Shown here: positions 41,388-52,320 of the stretch, piece after piece
How the letters are laid out: each line of letters begins with the position of its first letter
How positions within the stretch are numbered: the stretch's first letter is position 1
Source of the DNA: an uncultured Gemmatimonadales bacterium
Lineage (GTDB): Bacteria > Gemmatimonadota > Gemmatimonadetes > Longimicrobiales > Gaopeijiaceae
Length of the DNA stretch: 64,000 bases
Assembly (NCBI GenBank): GCA_963809895.1
Contig: CAWELD010000003.1
Span: 128,001-192,000, forward strand
Reading direction: 5' to 3'
Position numbers and translations under genes: made by a program
Notes under the pieces: model-generated
The model's database searches: none
What the model saw: only the letters and a program-made list of their open reading frames with translations
What the model was told of the DNA's origin: nothing

Positions 41388-43196
41388 TCAGTACCCCACC
41401 GCCGCCCCGCCCCGCCGCAGGTCCGACTGACCCTGCAGCGTGCCGTCCGGCGCCACCAGGATCGCCTGCACGTCACCGGATACGCTGCTCCGCTCCACCA
41501 TGGTGTAGCCCATGGCCTGGAGCGCCTGCACGGTGGGGGCGGACAGCCCCCCGGGCTCGTAGAAGACCTGATCCGGCAGGTGCTGGTGGTGGACGCGGGG
41601 CGCCAGGACCGCCTGGCTCACGTTCATGCCCAGGTCGAGCACGTTGGAGATGGTCTGGAAGACGGTGGTGATGATGGTGGAACCGCCGGGGGTGCCGGTG
41701 ACCATCAGGAGGCTGCCGTCGGGATTCAGGACGATGGACGGCGTCATGGCCGAGAGCATGCGCTTGCCGGGCTCGATGGCGTTGTTCTCGCCCTGGACGA
41801 GCCCGTACTGGTTCGGTGTCCCCGGCTTGGCCGCGAAGTCGTCCATCTCGTTGTTCAGGACGAAGCCCGCGCCGGTGACCGTCACCTTGCTCCCGTACCA
41901 GGAGTTCAGGGTGGTGGTGACCGCCACCGCGTCGCCATGGGCGTCGACGATGCTGTAGTGCGTGGTGTTCTGGCCCTCGCTCGATCCCCCGGCGGCACCG
42001 GAGGCCTGGTCGGTTTCGGCGAGAAAGGCGGCCACCGCGGGCTCCACCTGCGACGACGGCGTGGCCACGTCCGGCTGGATCGTGGACGCACGAAAGCGCG
42101 CGTACGCCTCGCTGGTGAGTACGTCCAGCGGCATGTCCACGAAGGCCGGATCCGCCAGGTAGTAGTTGCGGTCGGCGTAGGCACGTCGCCACGCCTCCAC
42201 CAGAAGGTGGATGCGCTCGGGGCTGTCCAGCCCGTATGCGGACAGGTCGTAGCCCTCCAGGATGTTGGCGCCCTCGGCCATGGTCACGCCCCCGGACGAG
42301 GACGGCGGCATGGAGAGCACCGGATGCTCCCGGTAGGTGAAGCGCACGGGCTCGCGCCACTTCGCCTGATAGGACGTCAGATCCTGATGCGTGATGAGGC
42401 CGCCGCCTTTCTCCATCTCCGCCACCAGCAGGTCGGCGGTCTCGCCCCGGTAGAACCCGTCGGCGCCATGGTCTCGGATCCGCTCCAGGGTGTGGGCGAG
42501 CAGGGGTTGGCGAAGCGTGTCCCCGATCTCTGGCGGCTGGCCGTTCCGTGGCAGGAACTGGGCTGCCGAGGCGGGAAAGGCCGACAGCGCTTCGACCATG
42601 CCCGCGTCGAGCGACCGGAGGAAGCGATCGCCGACCTCGAATCCCGTGGCCAGATCGATGGCGGGCTGGACGAGCCGCTCCCAGGGTAGGGTGCCGAAGC
42701 GGCGATGGGCTTCCCACATCCCCATGACCGTGCCGGGCACACCCACGGCCAGCGGCCCCACCAGAGAGCGGTCGGTGAGGTTGCCCCGCTCGTCGAGGTA
42801 CATGTCCCGCGTGGCAGCCAACGGCGCCTTCTCGCGGTAGTCCAGCGCGGCGTCGGTTCCGTCGGCCATGTGCACCACCATGAACCCGCCTCCGCCGATG
42901 TTGCCGGCCTCGGGGTTCACGACCGCCAGGGCGAAGGACACGGCGATGGCGGCGTCCACCGCGTTGCCGCCGCCGCGCAGCACGTCCACGCCCACCCGCG
43001 AGGCGTACTCGTCGGTGGTCACCACCATTCCGCTGTGGGCGGTGACGGGCCGGGTGGAAGGGTCGAAGCGCCAGGTGGAGGGCCAGGGTCCTGCCGCACG
43101 GCCGCCCTCGCCGGGAGCGCAGGCGGACAGGTGGCCGATGGTGAGCGCCGCGGCCGCGGCGAGCCGGGCCGAGGCGGGAAAGCGACGATCCTGCAT
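41388..43196 (-). CDS. ggt: Gamma-glutamyltransferase
   Basis: GGNAVDAA, GGGGF, DYRE, TTHYS autoprocessing Thr, LNNEMDDF, PGKRMLS, TPGG. Confidence 0.97.
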   Translation of the reverse strand: MQDRRFPASARLAAAAALTIGHLSACAPGEGGRAAGPWPSTWRFDPSTRPVTAHSGMVVTTDEYASRVGVDVLRGGGNAVDAAIAVSFALAVVNPEAGNIGGGGFMVVHMADGTDAALDYREKAPLAATRDMYLDERGNLTDRSLVGPLAVGVPGTVMGMWEAHRRFGTLPWERLVQPAIDLATGFEVGDRFLRSLDAGMVEALSAFPASAAQFLPRNGQPPEIGDTLRQPLLAHTLERIRDHGADGFYRGETADLLVAEMEKGGGLITHQDLTSYQAKWREPVRFTYREHPVLSMPPSSSGGVTMAEGANILEGYDLSAYGLDSPERIHLLVEAWRRAYADRNYYLADPAFVDMPLDVLTSEAYARFRASTIQPDVATPSSQVEPAVAAFLAETDQASGAAGGSSEGQNTTHYSIVDAHGDAVAVTTTLNSWYGSKVTVTGAGFVLNNEMDDFAAKPGTPNQYGLVQGENNAIEPGKRMLSAMTPSIVLNPDGSLLMVTGTPGGSTIITTVFQTISNVLDLGMNVSQAVLAPRVHHQHLPDQVFYEPGGLSAPTVQALQAMGYTMVERSSVSGDVQAILVAPDGTLQGQSDLRRGGAAVGY

Positions 43197-43212
43197 GGCA
43201 TTCCTCGAGTGG

Positions 43213-44395
43213 TCAGTCGGCCAGCAGCAGCGCCGAGGCGGCGGCCGCAAGCGCGGCAGCGCCCCGGGGTAGCATGGCCTCGTCGATGTCGAAGCGCGGA
43301 TGATGGTGGGGATGGGGATCGGCGGGGGCGGCGCCCAGCCAGAAGAAGACTCCGGGCTTCTCCCGTGCGAAGAAGGCGAAGTCCTCCGCCGCCAGTACAG
43401 GGGGCTGTTTCACCACGCGCTCGTCACCCAACAGCTCCACCAGGGCGCCGCGGACGGTGGCGGTCGCCGTGGGGTCGTTCACCACCGGTGGGTAGCCCGG
43501 CCTGAACTCCACCGCGACCTCCGCGCCCTGGGGCACGAGTCCTTCGAACGCGGCCCGCACCGCTGCCTCCAGGGTCTCGCGCACGGGCTCCGTGAAGTAG
43601 CGGAGCGTACCGGTGAGTCGGACCTCGCCAGCCAGCACGTTGGGGGCCACTCCACCCTGGATCTGTCCGAAGGTGATGACGCCCGGTGCGGTGGGCGGGA
43701 TACGGCGGGCGACTCCGTTCTGAGCCGCGAGAATCCCCTGCGCCGCCAGGACCAGGGCATCCACCCCTTCATCGGGCATGGCGGCGTGGGCACTGCGCCC
43801 GCGCACCGTCACCCGGATCTCCTCGCCCCCTCCCATGACCGGACCCTCGGAGATGAGCGCGATGCCGGGTGTGATGTGGCCGCCCACGTGCAGACCGACG
43901 ATGGCGTCGACGCCGTCCAGCGCCCCGTCGTCGAGCATGCGCATGGCGCCGCTCTTGCCCTCCTCGTCCACACCCTCTTCGGACGGCTGGAAGAGGAATC
44001 GGACCGTCCCCCGCGGGCAGGCGTCCGGCATCCCGGTCCTGCACGAGAAGAGTGGCGGCCCCGATGAGCCCGGCGACGTGGGCGTCGTGTCCGCACGCGT
44101 GCATCGCTCCGGGCACCGTCGACACGTAGGCGTGCTCCGACTCCTCGGTCACCGGAAGCGCGTCCATGTCCGCACGGATCGCCACCGTCGGGCCCGGGCC
44201 GTTGCGGAGCTCGGCCACCACGCCCGTGATGCCCACGCCCGTGCGCACCTCCAGGCCGAGCTCTTCCATCGCTCGGGCCGCGATGCCGGCGGTCCGCGTC
44301 TCGTGGAAGCCCAGCTCGGGATGGCGATGAAGGTCTCGCCGCACCTCCACGAGAGAGGGGGCGAGGGCGTCGGCACGGTCCAGGAGATCGCTCAT
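43213..44395 (-). pseudogene. M20 amidohydrolase with +1 frameshift in a G5 run near 44010 (possibly a sequencing error)
   Basis: HRHPELGF, RADMDAL, MHACGHD in one frame; FQPSEE, AEDF, HHPRF in the next. Confidence 0.9.
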
Positions 44396-44535
44396 GGCCC
44401 GAACAATAGATGCCGCCGGCGCCCGGCGACAAGCGAGCGCCACGGCAACTCCGGGGCGCCGAGTAGATCGCGCCACCACGGGCTGCTAGGTTGAGCGGCG
44501 AGCCTGATGGCCCCCTCTACCGACCAGCCTCAGCC

Positions 44536-45459
44536 GTGACGGATCCTCGTCTCACCGAGCAGCGCAATCCCCGATCGAGCGACATCGACACCTTGTCGCC
44601 GCTGGAGATCGTGCGCCTGATCAATGCCGAGGATCGCCAGGTGGCGGACGCGGTGGGGGCCGAGGCCGAGGCCATCGCCCGTGCCGTCGAGCTGGTGGAG
44701 CAGACCTTCCGCTCCGGGGGGCGGCTGTTCTACGTGGGCGCCGGCACCTCGGGCCGGCTGGGGGTCCTGGACGCCGCCGAGATGCCGCCGACGTTCGGGA
44801 CCGATCCGGAGATGGTCCAGGGGATCATCGCCGGGGGATACGACGCGCTGGTGCGGGCGCAGGAAGGGGCGGAGGACCACCCCGAAGACGGCGCCGCCGC
44901 CGTGGACACGCGCGGTGTGCGCGCCGGCGACTTCGTTCTGGGGATCGCCACCTCCGGCACGACGCCCTTCGTGCACGGCGCCCTGGCCCGGGCCCGTGAG
45001 CTGGGCGCCGGCACCGGCTTCCTCCTGTGCACGCCCCCCTCCGATGCGCTGCGCCGGACCCACGACGTGGTCATCGCGCCACTGGTGGGCCCCGAGGTGA
45101 TCACCGGCTCCACCCGCATGAAGGCGGGCACGGCGACCAAGCTGGTCCTGAACACCATCACCACCGGAGTGATGGTGCGCCTGGGCAAGGTGTTCGGAAA
45201 CCTCATGGTCGACCTTCAGGTGACCTGCCAGAAGCTCCAGGATCGGGGGGAGCGCATCCTGGCCGAGACGCTCGCCATCGATGGCGAGGCCGCCCGGCGG
45301 CTCCTGGCCGACGCCGAGGGACACGTGAAGACGGCGTTGGTCATGCATCGCCTGGGCGTGGACCGGGCCGAGGCGCTCCGGCGCCTGCAGGACGCGGGCG
45401 GGGTGGTGGCCCGGGTGGTCGATCTGTCCCCGGGGACGGGCGGGCAGGCGTCGCCGTGA
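44536..45459 (+). CDS. murQ: N-acetylmuramic acid 6-phosphate etherase
   Basis: TEQRNP, GAGTSGRLGVLDAAE, GPEVITGSTRMKAGTA; alternative TTG start 44491. Confidence 0.96.
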   Translation: MTDPRLTEQRNPRSSDIDTLSPLEIVRLINAEDRQVADAVGAEAEAIARAVELVEQTFRSGGRLFYVGAGTSGRLGVLDAAEMPPTFGTDPEMVQGIIAGGYDALVRAQEGAEDHPEDGAAAVDTRGVRAGDFVLGIATSGTTPFVHGALARARELGAGTGFLLCTPPSDALRRTHDVVIAPLVGPEVITGSTRMKAGTATKLVLNTITTGVMVRLGKVFGNLMVDLQVTCQKLQDRGERILAETLAIDGEAARRLLADAEGHVKTALVMHRLGVDRAEALRRLQDAGGVVARVVDLSPGTGGQASP

Positions 45460-46634
45460 GCCTGCTCCTGGGACTCATGTCCGGCACCTCGGCCGACGGC
45501 GTCGACGCAGCGCTGCTGGAGGTCGAGGGCACGCCTCCCGACGGCCTGGACTGGCGCCTGGTCGCTCACCGCACGACGCCGCATGGCGACGGGCTGCGCG
45601 AGCGGATCCTGGAGGCGACCCGTGCCGGAAGCGCCCAGGCGCTGTGCGCCCTCCACGTGGACCTGGGCGAAGCCTTCGCCCGCGCCGCGCAGGAGCTTCT
45701 CGCCGCGGCGGGCGTGGAGCCCGGCGCCCTGGAGGCCGTGGGCTGTCACGGGCAGACGGTCTGGCACCGGCCGCCCACGGCCGGAGTCCGGGGCGCCACC
45801 CTGCAGCTCGGCGATCCCGCCACGCTGGCGGCGCGACTCGGCGTGGAGGTGATCTCCGACTTCCGGGCCGCCGACATGGCGGCCGGGGGGCAGGGAGCGC
45901 CGTTGGTGCCCTGGGCCGACCGGGCGCTGCTGGCGCGAGACGACGGCCCGCGCGTGGTCCTGAACGTGGGCGGGATGGCCAACCTCACCTGGCTCCCGGC
46001 CCGGGGATCCACGGAGGTGCCGGTGGCCTTCGATACCGGCCCCGGCAACGTCCTGCTGGATCACGCGGCGGCCCTGGCCAGCGGCGGCCGTCTCCGTTGC
46101 GACCGGGACGGCGAGCTGGCCGCAGCAGGCTCGGTGGACGAGGCGCTCCTGGCGCGCCTTCTGGACGATCCCTTCTTCCAGCAGGCTCCACCGCGCTCGA
46201 CGGGCCGCGAGCGCTTCGGGCCCGACCTGGTGGAGATCCTGGCCCGCCAGCGCGGGCTCGAGCCGGGAGGCGCAGCGGCGGGGTGGGCGGATCTCCTGGC
46301 CGCGCTCACGGCGCTCACGGCCCGGAGCGTCGCCGACGCCGTCGCGCGCTGGGTGCGGCCTCGGGACCCCGGTGAGGTGATCGTCACCGGCGGCGGCGCC
46401 CACAATCCGGTGCTGGTGGGTGCCCTCGCCGAGGTGCTGGCGCCTCTGTCCGTGCGTCCCGGACCGGAGGTGCTGGGCGCCATGGCCGACGCCCGCGAAG
46501 CCGCTGCCTTCGCGCTGCTGGCGTGGGCGCACCGGCGGGGTATCGCCGGCAACGTGCCCGCCGTCACCGGCGCGTCCGGTCCCCGGGTCCTGGGCAGCCG
46601 CACCCCGGCGCCTCGGCCGAGCGCAGGCCCATGA
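45456..46634 (+). CDS. anmK: Anhydro-N-acetylmuramic acid kinase
   Basis: GLMSGTSADGVD, HGQT, GGQGAPLVP, FDTGPGN, STGRE; GTGA overlap with murQ. Confidence 0.96.
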   Translation: MSLLLGLMSGTSADGVDAALLEVEGTPPDGLDWRLVAHRTTPHGDGLRERILEATRAGSAQALCALHVDLGEAFARAAQELLAAAGVEPGALEAVGCHGQTVWHRPPTAGVRGATLQLGDPATLAARLGVEVISDFRAADMAAGGQGAPLVPWADRALLARDDGPRVVLNVGGMANLTWLPARGSTEVPVAFDTGPGNVLLDHAAALASGGRLRCDRDGELAAAGSVDEALLARLLDDPFFQQAPPRSTGRERFGPDLVEILARQRGLEPGGAAAGWADLLAALTALTARSVADAVARWVRPRDPGEVIVTGGGAHNPVLVGALAEVLAPLSVRPGPEVLGAMADAREAAAFALLAWAHRRGIAGNVPAVTGASGPRVLGSRTPAPRPSAGP

Positions 46635-48382
46635 AGTCCAGAAGCCTCTGGATCGCCCTGGCGGTGGCAGCGTCGTTGGTCGTGGTGGAGGCGCTGGTCT
46701 TCCGCGCGGTCTGGCTTCCGGTGCCCCATGCCGGGGGCGACAACGCCGGGTACGTGGCCCTGGCCCACAGCCTCCTCAGCGGCCAGGGCTACACGGAGCT
46801 GTGGGATCCGGCGCGGCCGCCCCACACCAAGTATCCTCCCCTCTTTCCCTTGCTGCTGGCCGTCCGCATGGCGCTGGGCGGCGTCACCTGGGGAGCGCTC
46901 AAGGCCGTCACGCTCCTGGCCGGACTCGCCACGGTTCTGGCCGCCTTTCTGTGGGCTCGCGGTCGGTCGGGCCTCGCCGTGGGCGCCGGCGCGGCGCTGC
47001 TCACGGGACTGACCGCCTCGGTGGTGGACTACAGCCGCTGGCTCCTCTCCGACGTGCCCTTCCTGGCGCTCACGCTGCTGGCGCTGTGGGCCGCGGACCG
47101 GGCCGACGGCCAACCTCCGGACGGCGGCGAAGCAGGTGCCGAGGCCGATGCGGCAGGCGGAGGCGGCGAGCCCACGCCGGCGCACGCCACGGCGTGGTGG
47201 ACCGTGGCGCTGGCGCTCACGGGCCTGGCCTATTTCACGCGGTCGGCGGGCCTGCCGCTGGTGGTGGCGGTCCTGGGCGTGTTGGCGCTCCGGCGGCGGT
47301 GGCGCACGTTGGCCGCGGGCGGCGTGGCGCTCGGGGGCGCCGCGCTGTGGTGGTTCCTGCGTGCCCGGGCCGTGGCGGTGTCGCAGGGTGCCTACGGGAG
47401 CGAGTTCTGGCTGGTGGACCCCTACCGTCCCGAGCTCGGTCGGGTGGGGGTGGGGGGGCTCCTGGGTCGCGTGGCGGCCAACGTCGTGGGCTACCTGACC
47501 GCCCACGTGCCCACCGGTCTGGTGGGGAACGCCCAGGGTCCGGCCACGGCGCTCGGTATCCTGGTGGCGCTTCTGGGGTTGGTGGGCTGGGGGCTGGCGC
47601 TGCGGCGCCGGCTCCGGGCAGCGGAGCTCTTCCTGCCGCTCTACACGGGGCTGATCCTCCTCTGGCCAGAGGTGTGGTCCGGGGACCGGTTCGCGCTCCC
47701 GCTCCTCCCCATCCTGCTCCTCTACGCCGCCACCGCCCTGCGCACGGGACTCCGTCGGCTGGGACCCGTCGCGGTGACCGGCGGTCTGGCCGGCTTCGGG
47801 GGGCTCGTGCTGCTGGCGCAGGGAGCCGGGATCGTGCGCACGGCGGGAGACGCCGCGGCGTGTCGGGGAGCGGCCGCCACCGCCGGCCCCTACGCGTGCT
47901 ACGGCGCGCCCATGCTGGAGTTCACCCAGGCGGCGCGCTGGGCAGGCCTCAACCTCCCGCCCGGCAGTGCCGCCCTCACCCGCAAGCCTCGCATCTGGTA
48001 CGTCCTGAGCGGCCAGCCCAGCCGGACGTATCCGTTCGTGGCGGACACCGATTCGCTGCTGGCGGCGGCGGACGATGCCGGCGCCCGCTGGATGGTGCTG
48101 GACTTCGTGGGCGCCCAGGGGATGCGCTATCTGGGTCGGGCGGTGGCGGCGCGTCCGGGCGATTTCTGCATCACGGCGGGCTTCGGAGGCGACAGCCGAC
48201 GGCCCGGAACCCAGCTCATCGGGGTTCTGCCGCCGGAGGCCAGGGGCGAGAGCTCCACCGATCCCGAGGCGGAGCGGGTGACGATTCGGGGATGCGCGGG
48301 CGAGCTGGCCGGCGGCGAGGCGCCGCTGTCGCCCTATTCGGTGTCCTCGCCGATTCCGATCCTGAGCTCGTCGTCGCCGTAG
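46631..48382 (+). CDS. GT-C (ArnT/PMT-like) integral membrane glycosyltransferase
   Basis: GDNAGY, KYPPLFPLLL, LSDVPF, many TM helices; ATGA overlap with anmK. Confidence 0.8.
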   Translation: MKSRSLWIALAVAASLVVVEALVFRAVWLPVPHAGGDNAGYVALAHSLLSGQGYTELWDPARPPHTKYPPLFPLLLAVRMALGGVTWGALKAVTLLAGLATVLAAFLWARGRSGLAVGAGAALLTGLTASVVDYSRWLLSDVPFLALTLLALWAADRADGQPPDGGEAGAEADAAGGGGEPTPAHATAWWTVALALTGLAYFTRSAGLPLVVAVLGVLALRRRWRTLAAGGVALGGAALWWFLRARAVAVSQGAYGSEFWLVDPYRPELGRVGVGGLLGRVAANVVGYLTAHVPTGLVGNAQGPATALGILVALLGLVGWGLALRRRLRAAELFLPLYTGLILLWPEVWSGDRFALPLLPILLLYAATALRTGLRRLGPVAVTGGLAGFGGLVLLAQGAGIVRTAGDAAACRGAAATAGPYACYGAPMLEFTQAARWAGLNLPPGSAALTRKPRIWYVLSGQPSRTYPFVADTDSLLAAADDAGARWMVLDFVGAQGMRYLGRAVAARPGDFCITAGFGGDSRRPGTQLIGVLPPEARGESSTDPEAERVTIRGCAGELAGGEAPLSPYSVSSPIPILSSSSP

Positions 48383-49023
48383 AGGAGCGCCAGCGCCACG
48401 CCGAAGGTGACGTGGTCCAGGAGCGTATCCTCTCCCCCCTCGGAGCCGGCCAGGAGGCCGCTGATCACGGGGAGCCGCCGATAGGGGGCGAAGCGTCCCA
48501 GCAGACCCCGCATTCCGCCCCAGGGTGACAGCGCGTACTCGGCGGTGCCGTAGAGGAGTCCCCGGATCACCGGAGCGCCGGGCACCCTGGGCTCCACCAC
48601 CGCGCCGTAGAGGAGGCCCCGGGCCGTGCCTGCCACCAGACGTTCCGGGAGATCGCCGTCGAGCGCCGGCAGCCGTGGCTCTCCCCGGAGGAGGGGCGCC
48701 AGGACCTCGCGGGCCAGCGCCGCCGCGCCACCGGCGAGACCAGCGCGCAGAAGGCGCTCCACCGGAGGACGACCGCGTCCGGGCCACACCCGCAGCACGC
48801 GGGCCAGAAGTGTGCCCGCTCCGGCCGCCAGCGCGAGCTCCAGACCCCCGCCCTCGTCATCCCCTGGCCCCTTCCGCTCGGGTTGGGCATCCTTGTGCCT
48901 CCGGCGGGGGGATTCCTCCCGGCGCCGGGACGCCAGGGAGCGCAACGGAGCTGCCGGGCCCCGGATCCTGGCGGATTCGAGCGCGTATCCCAGGCGATAC
49001 CAGATGTCGGTCGATGAGGCCAT
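48334..49023 (-). CDS. Hypothetical membrane protein
   Basis: MASSTDIWYRLGYALE...GLLYG..GLLYG..HVTFGVAL; converges on and overlaps the GT 3' end. Confidence 0.65.
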   Translation of the reverse strand: MASSTDIWYRLGYALESARIRGPAAPLRSLASRRREESPRRRHKDAQPERKGPGDDEGGGLELALAAGAGTLLARVLRVWPGRGRPPVERLLRAGLAGGAAALAREVLAPLLRGEPRLPALDGDLPERLVAGTARGLLYGAVVEPRVPGAPVIRGLLYGTAEYALSPWGGMRGLLGRFAPYRRLPVISGLLAGSEGGEDTLLDHVTFGVALALLYGDDELRIGIGEDTE

Positions 49024-49066
49024 GACCCTCGCGCCGGGTGGGCGTGGCAGGGAAGGAGTGTCTACG

Positions 49067-52000
49067 GTGGCGTGCATGCGGTTCGTTGACAAGGCGTGCC
49101 GGACGGCGGTGCGCTGCGCCCCGGGGTGCAGCGGGACCCTCGCCCTGATCGCGTTGATCCTCGTGGTGTCGGTGCGCCCCCTCTCCGCGCAGGTGCCTCC
49201 CGACGAGGATTGGCGATCGCTGGAGACCCCGCACTTTCGCGTCACCTTCCCGGCGCGGCTGGAGGGGCTGGCCCGGCGTGCCGGGGCCGTGGCCGAGGAC
49301 GCCCGAGTCAGGCTGGCCCAGGCCTTTCTCGGGTTCCCCGACGACCGGGTGGAGCTCCTGCTCACCGACCACGTGGACGCTTCCAACGGCTTCGCCAACG
49401 TGGCGCCGTACCGCAGGGTCACCATCTACGCCCGTCCTCCCGTAGACGGCTTCGCCCTGTCCTATTTCGACGACTGGGTGGATCTGGTGGTGACCCACGA
49501 GTTGGCGCACATCGTGCACCTCGACGTGACCGGGGGGCTGGGACGTATCCTGCGGTCCGTCTTCGGACGGGTTCCGTCGCCGTGGCCCTTCTTTCCCGAG
49601 CTGGCGAGCCCGCGCTGGGTGGTCGAGGGCCTGGCGGTCTGGTACGAGTCCGACCTCACGTCGGCAGGACGCCTCCACGGCACCTACTTCGACATGATGG
49701 TGCGCACGGCGGCGCTCGAGGGCCGCCTGGAGAGCATCGACCAGGCCTCCGGGGAGTCCCCGGTCTGGCCTTCGGGAGAGCGCCCCTACGTCTACGGCTC
49801 CGAGTTCTTCCGGTGGCTCCTGGATCGCTACGGGGCCGATCGCATGGCGGACTTCGTCGAGGCGGTGGGGTCGCAGTGGATTCCCTACCGCATGAACGCC
49901 GCGGCCCGCACGGCGTTCGGCGTGAGCTTCAGCGAGGCCTGGAACGTCTGGCGCGAGGAGACCACGACCCGGGCGCTGGCGCTGGCGAAGCAGGTGGATG
50001 AGCACGCCCCCAACCCACCTCCGGAAGCCCTCACCACGCATGCCCGCCAGGCGCTCTACGCCAAGGTGGGGCCCCGGGGACAGGTGGCCTATGCCCGCGC
50101 CGACGGCCACGGGGATCCCGAGATCCGCGTGCGGTCGTCGCAGGCCGGCGCCGGCGCCGGGGCAGGGGCTGCCGAGCGTCGCATCCGCACCAACGGGCTG
50201 GCGCATTTCGACTGGATCCCCGACGGCTCGCTGGTGGTGAGCCAGTACGAGCTCGAGGATCCGTATCGCACCTACAAGGACCTCTACCGGATCTATCCCG
50301 GTGGGGCCAGCGAGCGCCTCACGCGTGGGGCGCGTCTGGACCAGCCCGCCGTCTTTCCGGGAGGGGAAGAGGCGTGGGCCGTCCAGACCGTGGGCGGCGG
50401 CACGCGACTCGTGTCCGTCGATCTCGTGACGGGCGAGGTCCGGCAGCTTCCGGCCCTCCCGGAGGGCGCCAACTGGTCGTTCCCTGCGCCCTCGCCCGAC
50501 GGCCGCCTGGTCGCGGCCATCCGGTGGCGGCTCGGACAGTGGCCCGACCTGGTGCTCCTGGACGGCGACGACGGCCATCTGGTGGAGGCCGTGACCCGCG
50601 ATGCGGCGCTGGAGCTCGCGCCCACCTGGTCGCCCGACGGCACGCTGCTCTGGATCTCGGACCGCTCGGGGGTGCCCGACGTGTACGCCAGGGATCCGGC
50701 GTCGGCATCCGGGAGCCTCCGCCAGGTGACCGCGGTGGCCACCGGGCTCGGGTTCCCCACGGTGGATCCCGACGGCCGTTGGATCTACGCGTCGCAATAC
50801 CACGCCGACGGTTGGGACCTGGTGCGGCTGCCGTACGATCCCGATTCGTGGATCGCACCCGGCGCGCCGGCCTCCCGCTACGCACGGGCCGGGGGCGCGC
50901 CGCAGGGGCGGTCGATACCCGCCTTCAGCGGCGGGGAGGTGACGCCGTATCACCCCTGGTCCACGTTGCGCCCCCGGTACTGGGAGCCGCTCGTCCTGCC
51001 GGCCATCCATGCCACCAACCGAGAGGTCCTGGGCCCGTTCATCGGAGCCACCACCACGGCCGAGGACCTGGTGGGGCGCCACGCCTTCGCCGCCAGCGCG
51101 GCCCTCTCTACCACGGACGCCGCCTTCGACGGCCGCCTCTCGTACGTGTATCGCGGCCTGGGGTCTCCGCTGGTCACGCTGTCGGTGGACCAGGAATGGG
51201 ATGCCTCGGGTCCTCTCCGGGCGCGACAGTCCGAAGACGCCCCGGTCGATCTCCTCTACATCCGGGAACGACAGCGACGCGCCTCACTGGACCTGACCTT
51301 CCTGCGCTCGACCTGGCGGCGGGCATCGGCACTGGCGGTGGGTGGAGGGATGGTATGGGAGGACCGCACCCTCCTGGACGAGACCCTGCAGCGCAGCCCG
51401 GACTACGCGCTGTCCCGTCCGTCGGCCCGCCTCGCCGACGTGCGCGCCACGCTGAGCACGAGCACCGTGCGGTCGCACGCCCTCTCCATCAGCCCCGAGG
51501 ACGGGGTGAGCGCCTTCGTGCGGCTGCGCGCCCGCAAGGAGGTCGGGGTCGCCGATTCGCTGGTGGGCAGGGAGGGGTGGGACCGGAGCTACCATGAAGC
51601 CCGCGGCCGGATGCGCTGGTACACCTCCTTCGCGGGACCGGGCTTCGCCGATCACGTGCTGGCCATCCAGCTGGCGGCCGGTGCGGCCCGGGGGCCGGGC
51701 GCCGATGCCTTCCACTTCGAGGTCGGAGGGGCGGCGGGTGCCCCGGAGCCCCTCACGGGCTTCTCGCTCTTCGGCGGGGAGTCGCTCCTCTTTCCGGTGC
51801 GAGGCTACGCCCGCGGCGACCGCTTCGGACGAAACGCCTGGGCGGCCAGTGCCGAGTGGCGCTTTCCCATCGCCCTGGTGAACCGGGGCCCGGGCCTCTT
51901 CCCCCTGCATCTCGACCGGTTGCACGGCGCCGCTTTCGTGGATGCCGGTGATGCCTGGGGGCCCGATCTACAGCTTCCGGGGTACCAATCACCGAGGCAA

Positions 52001-52147
52001 TCCACCCTGGTCGGGGTGGGGGGCGAGCTTCGGGCCGAGCTTCTGGCCTTCTTCACCGTGCCGGTCACCCTGCGGATCGGCGTGGGCGCACCTCTGGTCG
52101 AGCGGACGCGCCCCACGGCCTACCTGCGGTTCGGCGCGGCGTTCTGA
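49067..52147 (+). CDS. Outer-membrane protein: zincin-like domain + TolB/PD40 propeller + BamA/TamA-like barrel
   Basis: Signal peptide, THELAH...WVVEGLA, SPDG repeats, PVRGY, terminal Phe; start 49067 or 49076. Confidence 0.88.
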   Translation: MACMRFVDKACRTAVRCAPGCSGTLALIALILVVSVRPLSAQVPPDEDWRSLETPHFRVTFPARLEGLARRAGAVAEDARVRLAQAFLGFPDDRVELLLTDHVDASNGFANVAPYRRVTIYARPPVDGFALSYFDDWVDLVVTHELAHIVHLDVTGGLGRILRSVFGRVPSPWPFFPELASPRWVVEGLAVWYESDLTSAGRLHGTYFDMMVRTAALEGRLESIDQASGESPVWPSGERPYVYGSEFFRWLLDRYGADRMADFVEAVGSQWIPYRMNAAARTAFGVSFSEAWNVWREETTTRALALAKQVDEHAPNPPPEALTTHARQALYAKVGPRGQVAYARADGHGDPEIRVRSSQAGAGAGAGAAERRIRTNGLAHFDWIPDGSLVVSQYELEDPYRTYKDLYRIYPGGASERLTRGARLDQPAVFPGGEEAWAVQTVGGGTRLVSVDLVTGEVRQLPALPEGANWSFPAPSPDGRLVAAIRWRLGQWPDLVLLDGDDGHLVEAVTRDAALELAPTWSPDGTLLWISDRSGVPDVYARDPASASGSLRQVTAVATGLGFPTVDPDGRWIYASQYHADGWDLVRLPYDPDSWIAPGAPASRYARAGGAPQGRSIPAFSGGEVTPYHPWSTLRPRYWEPLVLPAIHATNREVLGPFIGATTTAEDLVGRHAFAASAALSTTDAAFDGRLSYVYRGLGSPLVTLSVDQEWDASGPLRARQSEDAPVDLLYIRERQRRASLDLTFLRSTWRRASALAVGGGMVWEDRTLLDETLQRSPDYALSRPSARLADVRATLSTSTVRSHALSISPEDGVSAFVRLRARKEVGVADSLVGREGWDRSYHEARGRMRWYTSFAGPGFADHVLAIQLAAGAARGPGADAFHFEVGGAAGAPEPLTGFSLFGGESLLFPVRGYARGDRFGRNAWAASAEWRFPIALVNRGPGLFPLHLDRLHGAAFVDAGDAWGPDLQLPGYQSPRQSTLVGVGGELRAELLAFFTVPVTLRIGVGAPLVERTRPTAYLRFGAAF

Positions 52148-52320
52148 GACGATCCTTGCCCGTGCCCCATGGGCGTGACGATATTACCGAACAAAGCCCG
52201 AATCGTCGGCGCCGGATCGAGTCGCCTCGAGGCTCCGACGACGGGAAAATGGAAGCGCCACAAGGGGTTGGGTCACGGGGTGCCCGGCGACGCTCCTGAT
52301 CCCGGGCATTTCATGCTTGA

